In this document: positions 1-14,530 of the stretch, in pieces
Layout: every line of letters starts with the position of its first letter
Numbering within the stretch: position 1 is the first letter of the stretch
Virus record (IMG/VR): IMGVR_UViG_2698536570_000003
Coordinates: 1-35,706 of that record
Origin: a virus
Lineage: Duplodnaviria > Heunggongvirae > Uroviricota > Caudoviricetes
Strand: one strand, 5' to 3'
Length of the DNA stretch: 35,706 bases
The notes under the pieces: model-generated
Database searches by the model: none
What the model saw: the letters and a program-made list of their open reading frames with translations, nothing else
Told to the model about the DNA's origin: nothing
Made by a program: the position numbers and the translations under genes

Positions 1-50
1 TCGGGAAGATGCGTGATCTGATCCTTCAACTCAGCAAAAGTTCGATTTAT

Positions 51-245
51 TCAACAAAGCCTCTGTACCAATGCAGCCATTTCTTTTTTCTGCTGTGTCG
101 TCATCCCCTCTTCCGATGAGATTTTCCCAAGCTTTTCAGTCAGCACCTGAATTTGTCTTGTGATTTTGGCTATTTCTGATGTTCCTTCCGGGGCGGAGTT
201 GTTTGAAATAACGGTTGAGGTATTTCCCTGAATTGTGACAGACAT
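51..245 (-). CDS. small hypothetical protein (64 aa), possibly FlxA-like
   Basis: Complete ORF in six-frame track, divergent from relB; identity is weak recall only. Confidence 0.3.
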   Translation of the reverse strand: MSVTIQGNTSTVISNNSAPEGTSEIAKITRQIQVLTEKLGKISSEEGMTTQQKKEMAALVQRLC

Positions 246-741
246 AGATTTCTCCTTTTAAAAAAGCACTATCGGCATGCACAAAAAAATCTTTAATCGT
301 ATTTCTTGTGTCATTAATTGTTTGATGTTCAGATTGTTTTCCTCGCGGGCTGGCGCGCCTCAGAAAGTAAAGCTTGTTGACAGGGGTAAACGTTCGGCAA
401 TAATTTTCTGCCGCATGCGGGTGTTGCATAAAACGTGTTACGTTCCTTTATCGACAGGTCAGGTCACCGCTCACCCGCCGACGAGAAAGCAACACTGACA
501 TGCTAAAGCAAAAAATAGATGAATAAGTTGAGTTGTGCATATGTAGCCTGACCGTCACAAAGTATATGGTGTCTGTACCAGTAAGATGATGGCCGGACTC
601 TTTAAAAACGAGCTGACCTGCACAATACAGGATGGACTTAGCAATGGCTGCTCCTGGCACAAAGCGGACAGTGATCACCGTTCTTACGACTACTTTCTGA
701 CTTCCTTCGTGACTTGCCCTAAGCATGTTGTAGTGCGATAC

Positions 742-765
742 TTGTAATGACATTTGTAATTACAA
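742..765. promoter_or_regulatory. relBE operator-like inverted repeat (TTGTAAT...ATTACAA) just upstream of relB
   Basis: Sequence TTGTAATGACATTTGTAATTACAA seen directly, 13 bp before relB ATG; RelB/RelE autoregulate through such repeats. Confidence 0.5.
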
Positions 766-777
766 GAGGTGTAAGAC

Positions 778-1017
778 ATGGGTAGCATTAACCTGCGTAT
801 TGACGATGAACTTAAAGCGCGTTCTTACGCCGCGCTTGAAAAAATGGGTGTAACTCCTTCTGAAGCGCTTCGTCTCATGCTCGAGTATATCGCTGACAAT
901 GAACGCTTGCCGTTCAAACAGACACTCCTGAGTGATGAAGATGCTGAACTTGTGGAGATAGTGAAAGAACGGCTTCGTAATCCTAAGCCAGTACGTGTGA
1001 CGCTGGATGAACTCTGA
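778..1017 (+). CDS. relB: RelB antitoxin (79 aa)
   Basis: Translation MGSINLRIDDELKARSYA... matches recalled E. coli RelB over full length; stop overlaps relE start. Confidence 0.93.
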   Translation: MGSINLRIDDELKARSYAALEKMGVTPSEALRLMLEYIADNERLPFKQTLLSDEDAELVEIVKERLRNPKPVRVTLDEL

Positions 1018-1304
1018 TGGCGTATTTTCTGGATTTTGACGAGCGGGCACTAAAGGAATGGCGAAAGCTGGGCTCGACGGTACGTGAACAGTTGAAAAAG
1101 AAGCTGGTTGAAGTACTTGAGTCACCCCGGATTGAAGCAAACAAGCTCCGTGGTATGCCTGATTGTTACAAGATTAAGCTCCGGTCTTCAGGCTATCGCC
1201 TTGTATACCAGGTTATAGACGAGAAAGTTGTCGTTTTCGTGATTTCTGTTGGGAAAAGAGAACGCTCGGAAGTATATAGCGAGGCGGTCAAACGCATTCT
1301 CTGA
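1017..1304 (+). CDS. relE: RelE mRNA interferase toxin (95 aa)
   Basis: Translation MAYFLDFDERALKEWRKLGSTVREQLKKKL... matches recalled RelE; coupled to relB. Confidence 0.93.
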   Translation: MAYFLDFDERALKEWRKLGSTVREQLKKKLVEVLESPRIEANKLRGMPDCYKIKLRSSGYRLVYQVIDEKVVVFVISVGKRERSEVYSEAVKRIL

Positions 1305-1375
1305 ACCAAAGCATGACATCTCTGTTTCGCACCGAAGGTGACACTTCTGCTTTGCGTTGACAGGAGAAGCAGGCT

Positions 1376-1531
1376 ATGAAGCAGCAAAAGGCGATGTTAA
1401 TCGCCCTGATCGTCATCTGTTTAACCGTCATAGTGACGGCACTGGTAACGAGGAAAGACCTCTGCGAGGTACGAATCCGAACCGGCCAGACGGAGGTCGC
1501 TGTCTTCACAGCTTACGAACCTGAGGAGTAA
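1376..1531 (+). CDS. hokD: Hok-family type I membrane toxin (HokD/RelF, 51 aa)
   Basis: ORF below the 60-aa track cutoff found by hand: MKQQKAMLIALIVICLTVIVTALVTRKDLCEVRIRTGQTEVAVFTAYEPEE; Hok family signature; position after relE as in K-12. Confidence 0.8.
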   Translation: MKQQKAMLIALIVICLTVIVTALVTRKDLCEVRIRTGQTEVAVFTAYEPEE

Positions 1532-1599
1532 GAGACCCGGCGGGGGAGAAATCCCTCGCCACCTCTGATGTGGCAGGCATCCTCAACGCACCCGCACTT

Positions 1600-1630
1600 A
1601 ACCCGCTTCGGCGGGTTTTTGTTTTTATTT
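1600..1630 (+). terminator. intrinsic terminator after relBE-hokD
   Basis: Hairpin AACCCGC-TTCG-GCGGGTT followed by a T-run. Confidence 0.5.
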
Positions 1631-1747
1631 TCAACGCGTTTGAAGTTCTGGACGGTGCCGGAATAGAATCAAAAATACTTAAGTAGCGCGCAGGGATAAG
1701 AGGGATGGTCCCTTAAAGGGGAGAGCTAATTATCCGGAAGGATTCTG

Positions 1748-1999
1748 ATGATGAACATCGAAGAACTGCGTAAAATTTTTTGTGAAGATGGCCTCTATGC
1801 TGTGTGCGTTGAAAATGGAAATCTTGTTAGTCATTACCGCATTATGTGTTTGCGAAAGAATGGGGCTGCGTTAATTAATTTTGTGGATGCTCGGGTCACG
1901 GACGGATTTATCTTGCGCGAAGGTGAGTTTGTCACTTCATTACAGGCATTGAAAGAGATCGGAATAAAAGCTGGCTTTTCTGCTTTTTCAGGAGAATAA
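1748..1999 (+). CDS. rem: Rem-like small prophage protein (83 aa)
   Basis: Length and position (between hokD and the DUF968 gene) match Qin rem; sequence recall only. Confidence 0.65.
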   Translation: MMNIEELRKIFCEDGLYAVCVENGNLVSHYRIMCLRKNGAALINFVDARVTDGFILREGEFVTSLQALKEIGIKAGFSAFSGE

Positions 2000-2306
2000 A
2001 CTCATCTACAATCTTGCGCGGGGCTGAACTCCCGCTGAGTAACACCGTGCCACCGGAGAAAACCGATGGCACGCAACGCAAAATATTACAATTCTGATAA
2101 TTCGCCCGTTCTTGCCTGCACGCACGGGCGGTATTCTCACGCATTCAAGTCTGAATGGTTCCAGCACCCTCCATGCACTGCAGAACAGGCCGAATGGCTG
2201 ATTCATTCTTACCGCAGGCGCGGGTTCGAGGTTAAGAAAGCTCTCAGTCTCGACTATCGGCACTGGATAATCTCTGTCAGGCTGCCTTATTCCGAACGCC
2301 CACCAC

Positions 2307-3395
2307 GTGCGTCCCGCACTTTCCAGCAACGGATCTGGAGGTAACGTGCGGGTATTACTTAGACCTGTTCTGGTGCCTGAGCTTGGGCTGGTGGTCCTTA
2401 AGCCGGGCCGTGAATCCATACAGATATTTCATAATCCTCGAGTGCTGGTGGAACCGGAACCAAAAAGCATGCGTAATCTGCCATCCGGAGTCGTTCCTGC
2501 CGTTCGCCAGCCGCTGGCGGAAGACAAAACATTGCTGCCGTTTTTTAGTAACGAACGGGTGATTCGTGCTGCTGGCGGCGTTGGCGCATTGTCCGACTGG
2601 CTATTACGTCATGTTACATCCTGCCAGTGGCCTAATGGCGATTACCATCACACTGAAACAGTCATTCACCGTTATGGTACCGGCGCAATGGTGTTGTGCT
2701 GGCACTGCGACAACCAACTGCGTGACCAGACATCGGAATCACTGGAGCTGCTTGCTCAACAAAATCTGACAGCATGGGTGATTGACGTCATCCGTCACGC
2801 AATAAGCGGTACGCAGGAGCGGGAATTATCTTTGGCTGAATTATCCTGGTGGGCGGTCTGCAATCAGGTGGTGGATGCACTACCTGAGGCTGTATCGCGT
2901 CGTTCGCTGGGATTACCAGCGGAAAAAATCTGCTCGGTGTACCGCGAAAGCGACATCGTACCGGGAGAGCAGACCGCCACCAGCATATTGAAACAACGCA
3001 CAAAAAATCTTGCACCGTTGCCTTACGCCCACCAGCAACAAAAATCACCACAGGAAAAGACGGTGGTAAGCATCACCGTTGATCCAGAGTCTCCGGAATC
3101 TTTCATGAAGCTGCCTAAACGTCGCCGCTGGGTTAAGGAGAAATACACACGTTGGGTTAAGACACAGCCGTGTGCTTGCTGCGGTATGCCAGCCGACGAT
3201 CCGCATCATCTGATTGGTCACGGGCAGGGCGGAATGGGAACAAAAGCACATGATCTCTTTGTGTTGCCTTTGTGCAGAAAGCATCACAACGAGCTGCATA
3301 CGGATACAGTGGCATTTGAAGATAAGTATGGCTCCCAGTTGGAGCTGATATTTCGTTTTATCGATCGCGCGCTGGCAATTGGCGTACTGGCGTAA
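2307..3395 (+). CDS. ydfU: DUF968-type prophage protein with Cys/His-rich C-terminal motif (YdfU-like); start codon uncertain
   Basis: 362-aa ORF; C-terminus CACCGMPADDPHHLIGHGQGGMGTKAHDLFVLPLCRKHHNELH is HNH/zinc-finger-like; synteny with Qin. Confidence 0.65.
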   Translation: MRPALSSNGSGGNVRVLLRPVLVPELGLVVLKPGRESIQIFHNPRVLVEPEPKSMRNLPSGVVPAVRQPLAEDKTLLPFFSNERVIRAAGGVGALSDWLLRHVTSCQWPNGDYHHTETVIHRYGTGAMVLCWHCDNQLRDQTSESLELLAQQNLTAWVIDVIRHAISGTQERELSLAELSWWAVCNQVVDALPEAVSRRSLGLPAEKICSVYRESDIVPGEQTATSILKQRTKNLAPLPYAHQQQKSPQEKTVVSITVDPESPESFMKLPKRRRWVKEKYTRWVKTQPCACCGMPADDPHHLIGHGQGGMGTKAHDLFVLPLCRKHHNELHTDTVAFEDKYGSQLELIFRFIDRALAIGVLA

Positions 3396-3408
3396 GTGGA
3401 GAACGAGC

Positions 3409-4161
3409 ATGAACCTTGAAGCCTTACCAAAATATTACTCCCCAAAATCTCCAAAATTGAGCGATGACGCTCCAGCGACAGGCACCGGTTGTTTAACAAT
3501 TACGGATGTAATGGCAGCGCAGGGGATGGTGCAGTCGAAAGCACCACTTGGGTTGGCCTTATTTCTGGCAAAAGTTGGTGTTCAGGACCCTCAGTTTGCG
3601 ATTGAAGGCCTGCTAAATTACGCGATGGCACTGGATAACCCGACATTGAACAAATTGAGTGAAGAAATCCGGTTACAGATTATTCCTTACCTCGTGAGTT
3701 TTGCCTTTGCTGATTACTCCAGGTCTGCGGCAAGTAAGGCTCGCTGTGAGCATTGTTCAGGTACGGGATTTTATAATGTATTGCGCGAAGTGGTGAAACA
3801 CTACAGACGCGGGGAATCTGTAATCAAGGAAGAATGGGTGAAGGAACTATGTCAGCATTGCCATGGTAAGGGCGAAGCCAGCACAGCGTGCAGAGGGTGT
3901 AAGGGTAAAGGGATTGTTCTGGATGAAAAAAGAACCCGGTTTCATGGCGTACCGGTATATAAGATTTGTGGGCGTTGTAATGGAAACCGGTTTAGTCGTT
4001 TACCGACCACGCTGGCACGACGTCATGTCCAGAAGCTGGTACCAGACCTGACCGATTATCAGTGGTATAAGGGGTATGCGGACGTCATTGGTAAACTGGT
4101 AACAAAGTGCTGGCAGGAAGAAGCATACGCGGAAGCGCAATTGAGGAAGGTGACGAGATAA
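3409..4161 (+). CDS. quuQ: Q-family late-gene antiterminator (250 aa)
   Basis: Several CxxC pairs (CEHCSG, CQHCHGKG, CRGCKGKG, CGRCNG); sits before the lysis cassette; start chosen at MNLEALPKYY to give 250 aa. Confidence 0.75.
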   Translation: MNLEALPKYYSPKSPKLSDDAPATGTGCLTITDVMAAQGMVQSKAPLGLALFLAKVGVQDPQFAIEGLLNYAMALDNPTLNKLSEEIRLQIIPYLVSFAFADYSRSAASKARCEHCSGTGFYNVLREVVKHYRRGESVIKEEWVKELCQHCHGKGEASTACRGCKGKGIVLDEKRTRFHGVPVYKICGRCNGNRFSRLPTTLARRHVQKLVPDLTDYQWYKGYADVIGKLVTKCWQEEAYAEAQLRKVTR

Positions 4162-4270
4162 ATGATTTTTGCTGAAGATGGCGACATGATGTTTGCATTT
4201 TTCAAAAAATATGGATAAAATTTTTTCAACGATGGGCTTTGTATACCCGACGTTAAGAAAAAGTAGAAAA

Positions 4271-4297
4271 CCCGCTGATGAGCGGGTTTTGTGCTTT
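4271..4297 (+). terminator. tR'-like intrinsic terminator downstream of Q
   Basis: Hairpin CCCGCT-GATG-AGCGGG followed by TTTTGTGCTTT. Confidence 0.45.
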
Positions 4298-4582
4298 AAA
4301 TGGGGCAATGGTAATGTTGAATCTCATCCCGGGACTCATGTCTGTTAACTTATTATTTAGCTGGTGACTTGGTTATTTGCCTGATGTTTAAAATGTTTTC
4401 TTCCAGTACAATGTCCCTAAACACAATGAGTCTGCTTATTATATTATTAGCAGAGCTATTACGGCCAAAGTACAGCATAAGCTTTTAAAGCCAATCAACC
4501 AGTCATCAAGACAGACGGGGTTATTCATAAAAACTCTCCATGTGTGATCCGATGGGGCCTGAAATTAAAGCTTTAATATAGC

Positions 4583-4795
4583 TCATGAAAGGTAAACATT
4601 GGCAGCTGAAGGGCCACGCAGACCATTTATCCGGCAAAATTCCACGCGTAATCCGGTGGTAATTTCTTCTGCATCGCGGAGATTGAGCGCTGAAACATGA
4701 AGCTGGACATCGATACGACCATCGGATGGGGTGATAAGACCCTTGCCGCTTTTGCCGTCAAAGGTTTTGACAATTCCTGTCATTTTACGGGACAA
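4583..4795 (-). CDS. cspF: cold-shock protein family (70 aa)
   Basis: [23 protein letters not shown]... cold-shock domain; Qin synteny. Confidence 0.85.
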
Positions 4796-5095
4796 AAAAA
4801 TTCCTTAATACTGATAACTTGGCGCACTATACACACGTTCCTGAAGAAAGCTATAGTTTTTTGATGGGGTTGAAGATGGCTGGATGTCTAAAATAAACAT
4901 TGCTTCATATGTTCAACTATGCGTTAATGATTGCGTCGGTTTGAAGAACAGACGATATACGAAGTAGTTTACTAAAGCAGTTCTCATTTCAGGTGTTATT
5001 CACTTATTCCTTCTTTGAGTCTCTCCAATTAAGTACGAAGTCGTTTCTGTTATGCAAACCATTTATGCCGAAAGGCTCAAGTTAAGGAATGTAGA

Positions 5096-5311
5096 ATGTC
5101 AAATAAAATGACTGGTTTAGTAAAATGGTTTAACGCTGATAAAGGTTTCGGCTTTATTTCTCCTGTTGATGGTAGTAAAGATGTGTTTGTGCATTTTTCT
5201 GCGATTCAGAATGATAATTATCGAACCTTATTTGAAGGTCAAAAGGTTACCTTCTCTATAGAGAGTGGTGCTAAAGGTCCTGCAGCAGCAAATGTCATCA
5301 TTACTGATTAA
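5096..5311 (+). CDS. cspB: cold-shock protein (71 aa)
   Basis: [23 protein letters not shown]...; RNP motifs KGFGFI and VFVHF; long 5' leader. Confidence 0.9.
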   Translation: MSNKMTGLVKWFNADKGFGFISPVDGSKDVFVHFSAIQNDNYRTLFEGQKVTFSIESGAKGPAAANVIITD

Positions 5312-5583
5312 AATTCATCGCTCGTCTGTATACGATAACGAAGAAGGCTGATGCCTGAGTAGAGATACGGACAGAGTAGTGAATATTGGATCTCTTTAAT
5401 AAAAAGTAAGGAGGTCCAATACATGAAACAATGGCTAGCATATTTGGCAAAATCTTAATCAGGAAAAGTATGCTAACCATTGTGGTGAAGTGCAGGTTTG
5501 CTGCATGAATAGTTTTACAGCAGAAGCTAACTGCTGGCATGGCAAAACAAAGTGCGTAAGTGGATGACTCCCACAAAAAGCAC

Positions 5584-5606
5584 CACAATCTCAAACCCGC
5601 TCAGGC
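5584..5606 (+). terminator. intrinsic terminator-like hairpin
   Basis: AACCCGC-TCAG-GCGGGTT followed by TTTTTTATT. Confidence 0.45.
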
Positions 5607-5674
5607 GGGTTTTTTATTATCTGCTTTAAATATATTATTAAAATATAAAAAATACTTGTTACTAATAAAATCAA

Positions 5675-5896
5675 TCAGGCTACAGCTTTAAGATTTGTCT
5701 GGAATACTTTGTTGCAATGAGGGCAGATCAAAAGGGCACCTTTTTGTACTCTTGAAAAACTGTGTTCTGACTCTTGGGTGCAGTTTGGGCAGGAACATTT
5801 AACGAGATAATTACGGCGTGATTTTGAGTTTTTACGTTCTGACATAGGCTTTTCCTGTATAAATGGCCGTATACAGTACACTAAATATGAAAACAT
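5675..5896 (-). CDS. small zinc-ribbon-like protein (CSCPNC...CPHCNK); start uncertain
   Basis: Two Cys pairs spaced as a zinc ribbon; ORF in track. Confidence 0.35.
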   Translation of the reverse strand: MFSYLVYCIRPFIQEKPMSERKNSKSRRNYLVKCSCPNCTQESEHSFSRVQKGALLICPHCNKVFQTNLKAVA

Positions 5897-6064
5897 TTCT
5901 CGTATTATTATTTTATATATGACTTTCTTTCAAAATAATTACCCACATTTTTAATGTGTATGTTTTTTTAGCGCCGTTGAGAACAACGTGTGCTGTCAAA
6001 ACTACCCCGTAGACTCCGATCTTTTCAAACATATTGCACCATCCGTGTACATCGGGGTGAGGAT

Positions 6065-6280
6065 ATGAAATCAATGGATAAGTTAACAACAGGTGTTGCC
6101 TATGGCACATCGGCGGGTAATGCTGGTTTCTGGGCATTGCAGTTACTCGATAAAGTAACTCCGTCACAGTGGGCTGCAATCGGTGTGCTGGGTAGCCTGG
6201 TTTTTGGCCTGCTGACGTATCTGACAAATCTTTATTTCAAGATTAAAGAAGACAGGCGTAAGGCTGCGAGAGGAGAGTAA
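6065..6280 (+). CDS. essQ: class II holin (phage 21 S-like pinholin, 71 aa)
   Basis: [28 protein letters not shown]... with two TM segments and charged C-terminus; directly before the endolysin. Confidence 0.8.
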   Translation: MKSMDKLTTGVAYGTSAGNAGFWALQLLDKVTPSQWAAIGVLGSLVFGLLTYLTNLYFKIKEDRRKAARGE

Positions 6281-6284
6281 TCCA

Positions 6285-6592
6285 ATGACTCAAGACTATG
6301 AACTGGTTGTGAAAGGAGTCCGTAATTTTGAGAATAAAGTTACGGTAACTGTAGCCTTACAGGACAAAGAACGCTTTGACGGTGAAATTTTTGACCTGGA
6401 TGTCGCCATGGACCGTGTTGAAGGAGCTGCGCTGGAGTTTTATGAGGCAGCAGCCAGAAGGAGCGTCCGGCAAGTCTTCCTGGAAGTAGCAGAAAAATTG
6501 TCAGAAAAAGTTGAGTCTTATCTGCAGCATCAGTACTCCTTTAAGATTGAAAATCCTGCCAATAAGCACGAGCGTCCTCATCATAAATATCT

Positions 6593-6596
<4 letters not shown>
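6285..6596 (+). CDS. ydfR: YdfR-like protein of unknown function (103 aa)
   Basis: Position between holin and lysozyme as in Qin. Confidence 0.6.
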
Positions 6597-7620
<1,024 letters not shown>

Positions 7621-7982
7621 GGTAATATTAAATCGGAACATTTACATCGCGGAATGTAAAATTTAAATAAAAAGGACTCTTCCATGAGCCAAAATTCCTG
7701 AAATCTTAAGGGTAAGATAAAAGGTCTTAATCAGAATGACACGTTTTATTAATAAATAAAGCTATTCTTTCATTGCTGTGTTTTTCTTTACAAAAGTAAT
7801 CCTTGCTATGGGTGGTTAATCATGCGTTAATGGTGTTCTGGTTTGTTACAAATTTATCTGAAGCAGTCATTGTTATAATTTTATTATTTGTACCTCTTGA
7901 GATTTCCTTGTTGGTTTTTCTCTCTGATATTTTTTTTCGGACCATTCTGCCCAAGGGCTAATTTCTTCAAAAGGTAATAATT

Positions 7983-8195
7983 ATGTCTAACAAAATGACT
8001 GGTTTAGTGAAATGGTTTAACCCTGAAAAAGGTTTTGGTTTCATCACGCCGAAAGATGGCAGCAAAGATGTGTTTGTCCATTTCTCAGCAATTCAGAGCA
8101 ACGATTTCAAAACATTAACTGAGAATCAGGAAGTTGAATTTGGTATTGAGAACGGACCTAAAGGTCCTGCCGCTGTTCATGTAGTGGCGCTTTGA
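7983..8195 (+). CDS. cspI: cold-shock protein (70 aa)
   Basis: [23 protein letters not shown]... cold-shock domain. Confidence 0.9.
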   Translation: MSNKMTGLVKWFNPEKGFGFITPKDGSKDVFVHFSAIQSNDFKTLTENQEVEFGIENGPKGPAAVHVVAL

Positions 8196-8399
8196 GGTAG
8201 ACAATATTACAAACCATATTCACTTTAGATGCCCGTGTTGTCATGGTTCCCAGTATAGAACATCATCTTTTGATGTTTCTGACATGAATCCTTTCGGGGC
8301 AAAATGTATCTTTTGTAAATCAATGATGATTACATTTGATAATATTTCACAATACTTAAATGCCAGCCGTCTGTCGTTGGATTTGAAAAAGTGAAAATG

Positions 8400-8422
8400 A
8401 AGGCTCCTTCGGGAGCTTTTTT
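8400..8422 (+). terminator. intrinsic terminator-like hairpin
   Basis: GGCTCC-TTCG-GGAGC followed by TTTTTTGC. Confidence 0.5.
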
Positions 8423-8466
8423 GCTTGGTGTCTATTCGATGGATACTCACATACTACGGTAACATC

Positions 8467-8697
8467 ATGAAAAAAATCATAGTTTTTTTTAACTCTGAAC
8501 CAGCAGTGGTAGTGCCAGCGATGACTGGAGTTAACACCATCATGCGTGAATATCCAAATGGCGAAAAAACACACCTTACTGTAATGGCCGCAGGGTTTCC
8601 ATCTCTGACCGGAGATCATAAAGTCATTTATGTAGCCGCGGATCGACATGTTACTTCAGAAGAAATTCTGGAAGCAGCAATAAGGCTCTTGAGTTGA
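8467..8697 (+). CDS. hypothetical protein (76 aa from MKKIIVFF)
   Basis: ORF in track; start moved to internal ATG; no recognisable motif. Confidence 0.35.
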   Translation: MKKIIVFFNSEPAVVVPAMTGVNTIMREYPNGEKTHLTVMAAGFPSLTGDHKVIYVAADRHVTSEEILEAAIRLLS

Positions 8698-8868
8698 TTT
8701 GATGCTATTGCATTGATAATTCAGGAAAATTCTCTTTGTCTGTTTGTGTAAAATTTAGACTATCGTATGTTGATTATTGCGATGTTTCATCTTATCTTTT
8801 ACACGTTTGCACCATATAATCGACTTACTGTGTAACTGGAAAGTCATAACAGACTAAAAGAGGAAATG

Positions 8869-9042
8869 ATGAATATTGAAAACTTAAAAACAAAAGCAGA
8901 AGCAGATATTTCTGAATATATAACAAAAAAAATTATTGAACTTAAGAAAAAGACCGGGAAAGAAGTTACCAGTATTCAGTTTACCGCACGGGAAAAAATG
9001 ACGGGTCTTGAAAGCTATGATGTCAAGATTAATTTAATCTGA
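8869..9042 (+). CDS. gnsB: GnsB-like small protein (57 aa)
   Basis: ORF below track cutoff found by hand: MNIENLKTKAEADISEYITKKIIELKKKTGKEVTSIQFTAREKMTGLESYDVKINLI; Gns family. Confidence 0.75.
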   Translation: MNIENLKTKAEADISEYITKKIIELKKKTGKEVTSIQFTAREKMTGLESYDVKINLI

Positions 9043-9193
9043 TGTATTCAATAATAAAATTTATCCATAAACCTCGTTTTTACGGGGTTTTGTTATATTT
9101 GAATGGTTCCGAATATCTAAATCACAATTGTTGATGGTTTTTATTAAACCAATGCAGTCCGGCTCAGGAGTGAGAGAAGCCGGACGTTATGGT

Positions 9194-9604
9194 TTAGCGT
9201 GGTAAGATCTGTGTAGTTTTCTGGATGCTTTCAGTAAATAGTAATGATTTATCAAAGGTATAGTAATATCTTTTTTGTTCGTGGATATTTGTAACCCACC
9301 GAAAAACTCCTGCTTTAGCAAGGTTTCTTCTGTATTCCTGAAATGTGATCTCTCTGGATTTCAGCTTATTAGAGGTCGTTTCTATAAGATGCCTATCCTT
9401 TGAAAATTTGACAGACACAATGTTTTTTAGGCCCTTTAATAACACTGTATTATCATTTTTTAATACAATATGAACATTCTCTGTGGCTAAATAGTAAATG
9501 TAATGTGAGACATTGTGACGTTTTAGCTCAGAATAAAACCATTGATAGTTTAAATCGTTTCGAACTTTATCAAATATTTGTTTAAAAATGACTACCTGAT
9601 CCAT
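9194..9604 (-). CDS. ydfO: DUF1398-family protein YdfO-like
   Basis: Sequence and synteny recall; start taken at [11 protein letters not shown]. Confidence 0.65.
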   Translation of the reverse strand: MDQVVIFKQIFDKVRNDLNYQWFYSELKRHNVSHYIYYLATENVHIVLKNDNTVLLKGLKNIVSVKFSKDRHLIETTSNKLKSREITFQEYRRNLAKAGVFRWVTNIHEQKRYYYTFDKSLLFTESIQKTTQILPR

Positions 9605-9661
9605 AGATAAACCTTCCATGTGATATGAGGGGGCGTAGTCTGCACGATTATCTAAATTGCT

Positions 9662-9895
9662 TCAATCTGGTCTGACCTGTTTTCTGAGCAATTCAGTAAT
9701 GTCACTCTTTTCTTTGTTTGCTTCAGAAGAAACTCTTTTTTCTGAGCACAGTCTCCGGCGGCAGGCTTCAATGACCCAGGCTGAGAAATTCCCGGACCCT
9801 TTTTGCTCAAGAGCGATGTTAATTTGTTCAATCATTTGGTTAGGAAAGCGGATGTTGCGGGTTGTTGTTCTGCGGGTTCTGTTCTTCGTTGACAT
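9662..9895 (-). CDS. ynfO: small basic protein, YnfO-like (77 aa)
   Basis: Length and position match Qin ynfO; basic N-terminus. Confidence 0.5.
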   Translation of the reverse strand: MSTKNRTRRTTTRNIRFPNQMIEQINIALEQKGSGNFSAWVIEACRRRLCSEKRVSSEANKEKSDITELLRKQVRPD

Positions 9896-9960
9896 GAGGT
9901 TGCCCCGTATTCAGTGTCGCTGATTTGTATTGTCTGAAGTTGTTTTTACGTTAAGTTGAT

Positions 9961-10283
9961 GCAGATCAATTAATACGATACCTGCGTCATAATTGATTAT
10001 TTGACGTGGTTTGATGGCCTCCACGCACGTTGTGATATGTAGATGATAATCATTATCACTTTACGGGTCCTTTCCGGTGATCCGACAGGTTACGGGGCGG
10101 CGACCTCGCGGGTTTTCGCTATTTATGAAAATTTTCCGGTTTAAGGTGTTTCCGTTCTTCTTCGTCGTAACTTAATGTTTTTATTTAAAATACCCCCTGA
10201 AAAGAAAGGAAACGACAGGTGCTGAAAGCGAGCTTTTTGGCCTCTGTCGTTTCCTTTCTCTGTTTTTGTCCGTGGAATGAGCA
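9961..10283. other. lambda-type cos site: cosQ-side right-end sequence, cosN 12-nt cohesive end GGGCGGCGACCT at 10095-10106, cosB up to Nu1
   Basis: 9961-10093 matches the recalled last ~130 nt of the lambda genome; 10095 onward matches the recalled first nt of the lambda genome up to Nu1. Confidence 0.85.
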
Positions 10284-10803
10284 ATGGAAGTCAACAAAAA
10301 GCAGCTGGCTGACATTTTCGGTGCGAGTATCCGTACCATTCAGAACTGGCAGGAACAGGGAATGCCCGTTCTGCGAGGCGGTGGCAAGGGTAATGAGGTG
10401 CTTTATGACTCTGCCGCCGTTATAAGATGGTATGCCGAAAGGGATGCTGAAATTGAGAACGAAAAGCTGCGCCGGGAAGTTGAAGAACTGCGGCAGGCCA
10501 GCGAGACAGATCTCCAGCCAGGGACTATTGAGTACGAACGCCATCGACTTACGCGTGCGCAGGCCGACGCACAGGAGCTGAAAAATGCCAGAGACTCCGC
10601 TGAAGTGGTGGAAACCGCATTCTGTACTTTCGTGCTGTCGCGGATCGCAGGTGAAATTGCCAGTATTCTCGACGGGATCCCCCTGTCGGTGCAGCGGCGT
10701 TTTCCGGAACTGGAAAACCGACATGTTGATTTCCTGAAACGGGATATCATCAAAGCCATGAACAAAGCAGCCGCGCTGGATGAACTGATACCGGGGTTGC
10801 TGA

Positions 10804-10829
<26 letters not shown>
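10284..10829 (+). CDS. nu1: terminase small subunit Nu1 (181 aa)
   Basis: Near-identical to recalled lambda Nu1. Confidence 0.95.

Positions 10830-14510
<3,681 letters not shown>

Positions 14511-14530
<20 letters not shown>

Noticed and set aside
136-753. ORFs 136-429(-), 277-498(+), 448-753(-)
   Set aside because: Mutually overlapping in the relB upstream region, with low-complexity translations; more likely promoter/leader DNA. Not excluded that one corresponds to a small annotated K-12 ORF such as ydfV.
2006-2419. 137-aa minus-strand ORF
   Set aside because: Overlaps the rem to ydfU interval antisense to the plus-strand genes; Arg/Pro-rich, no motif.
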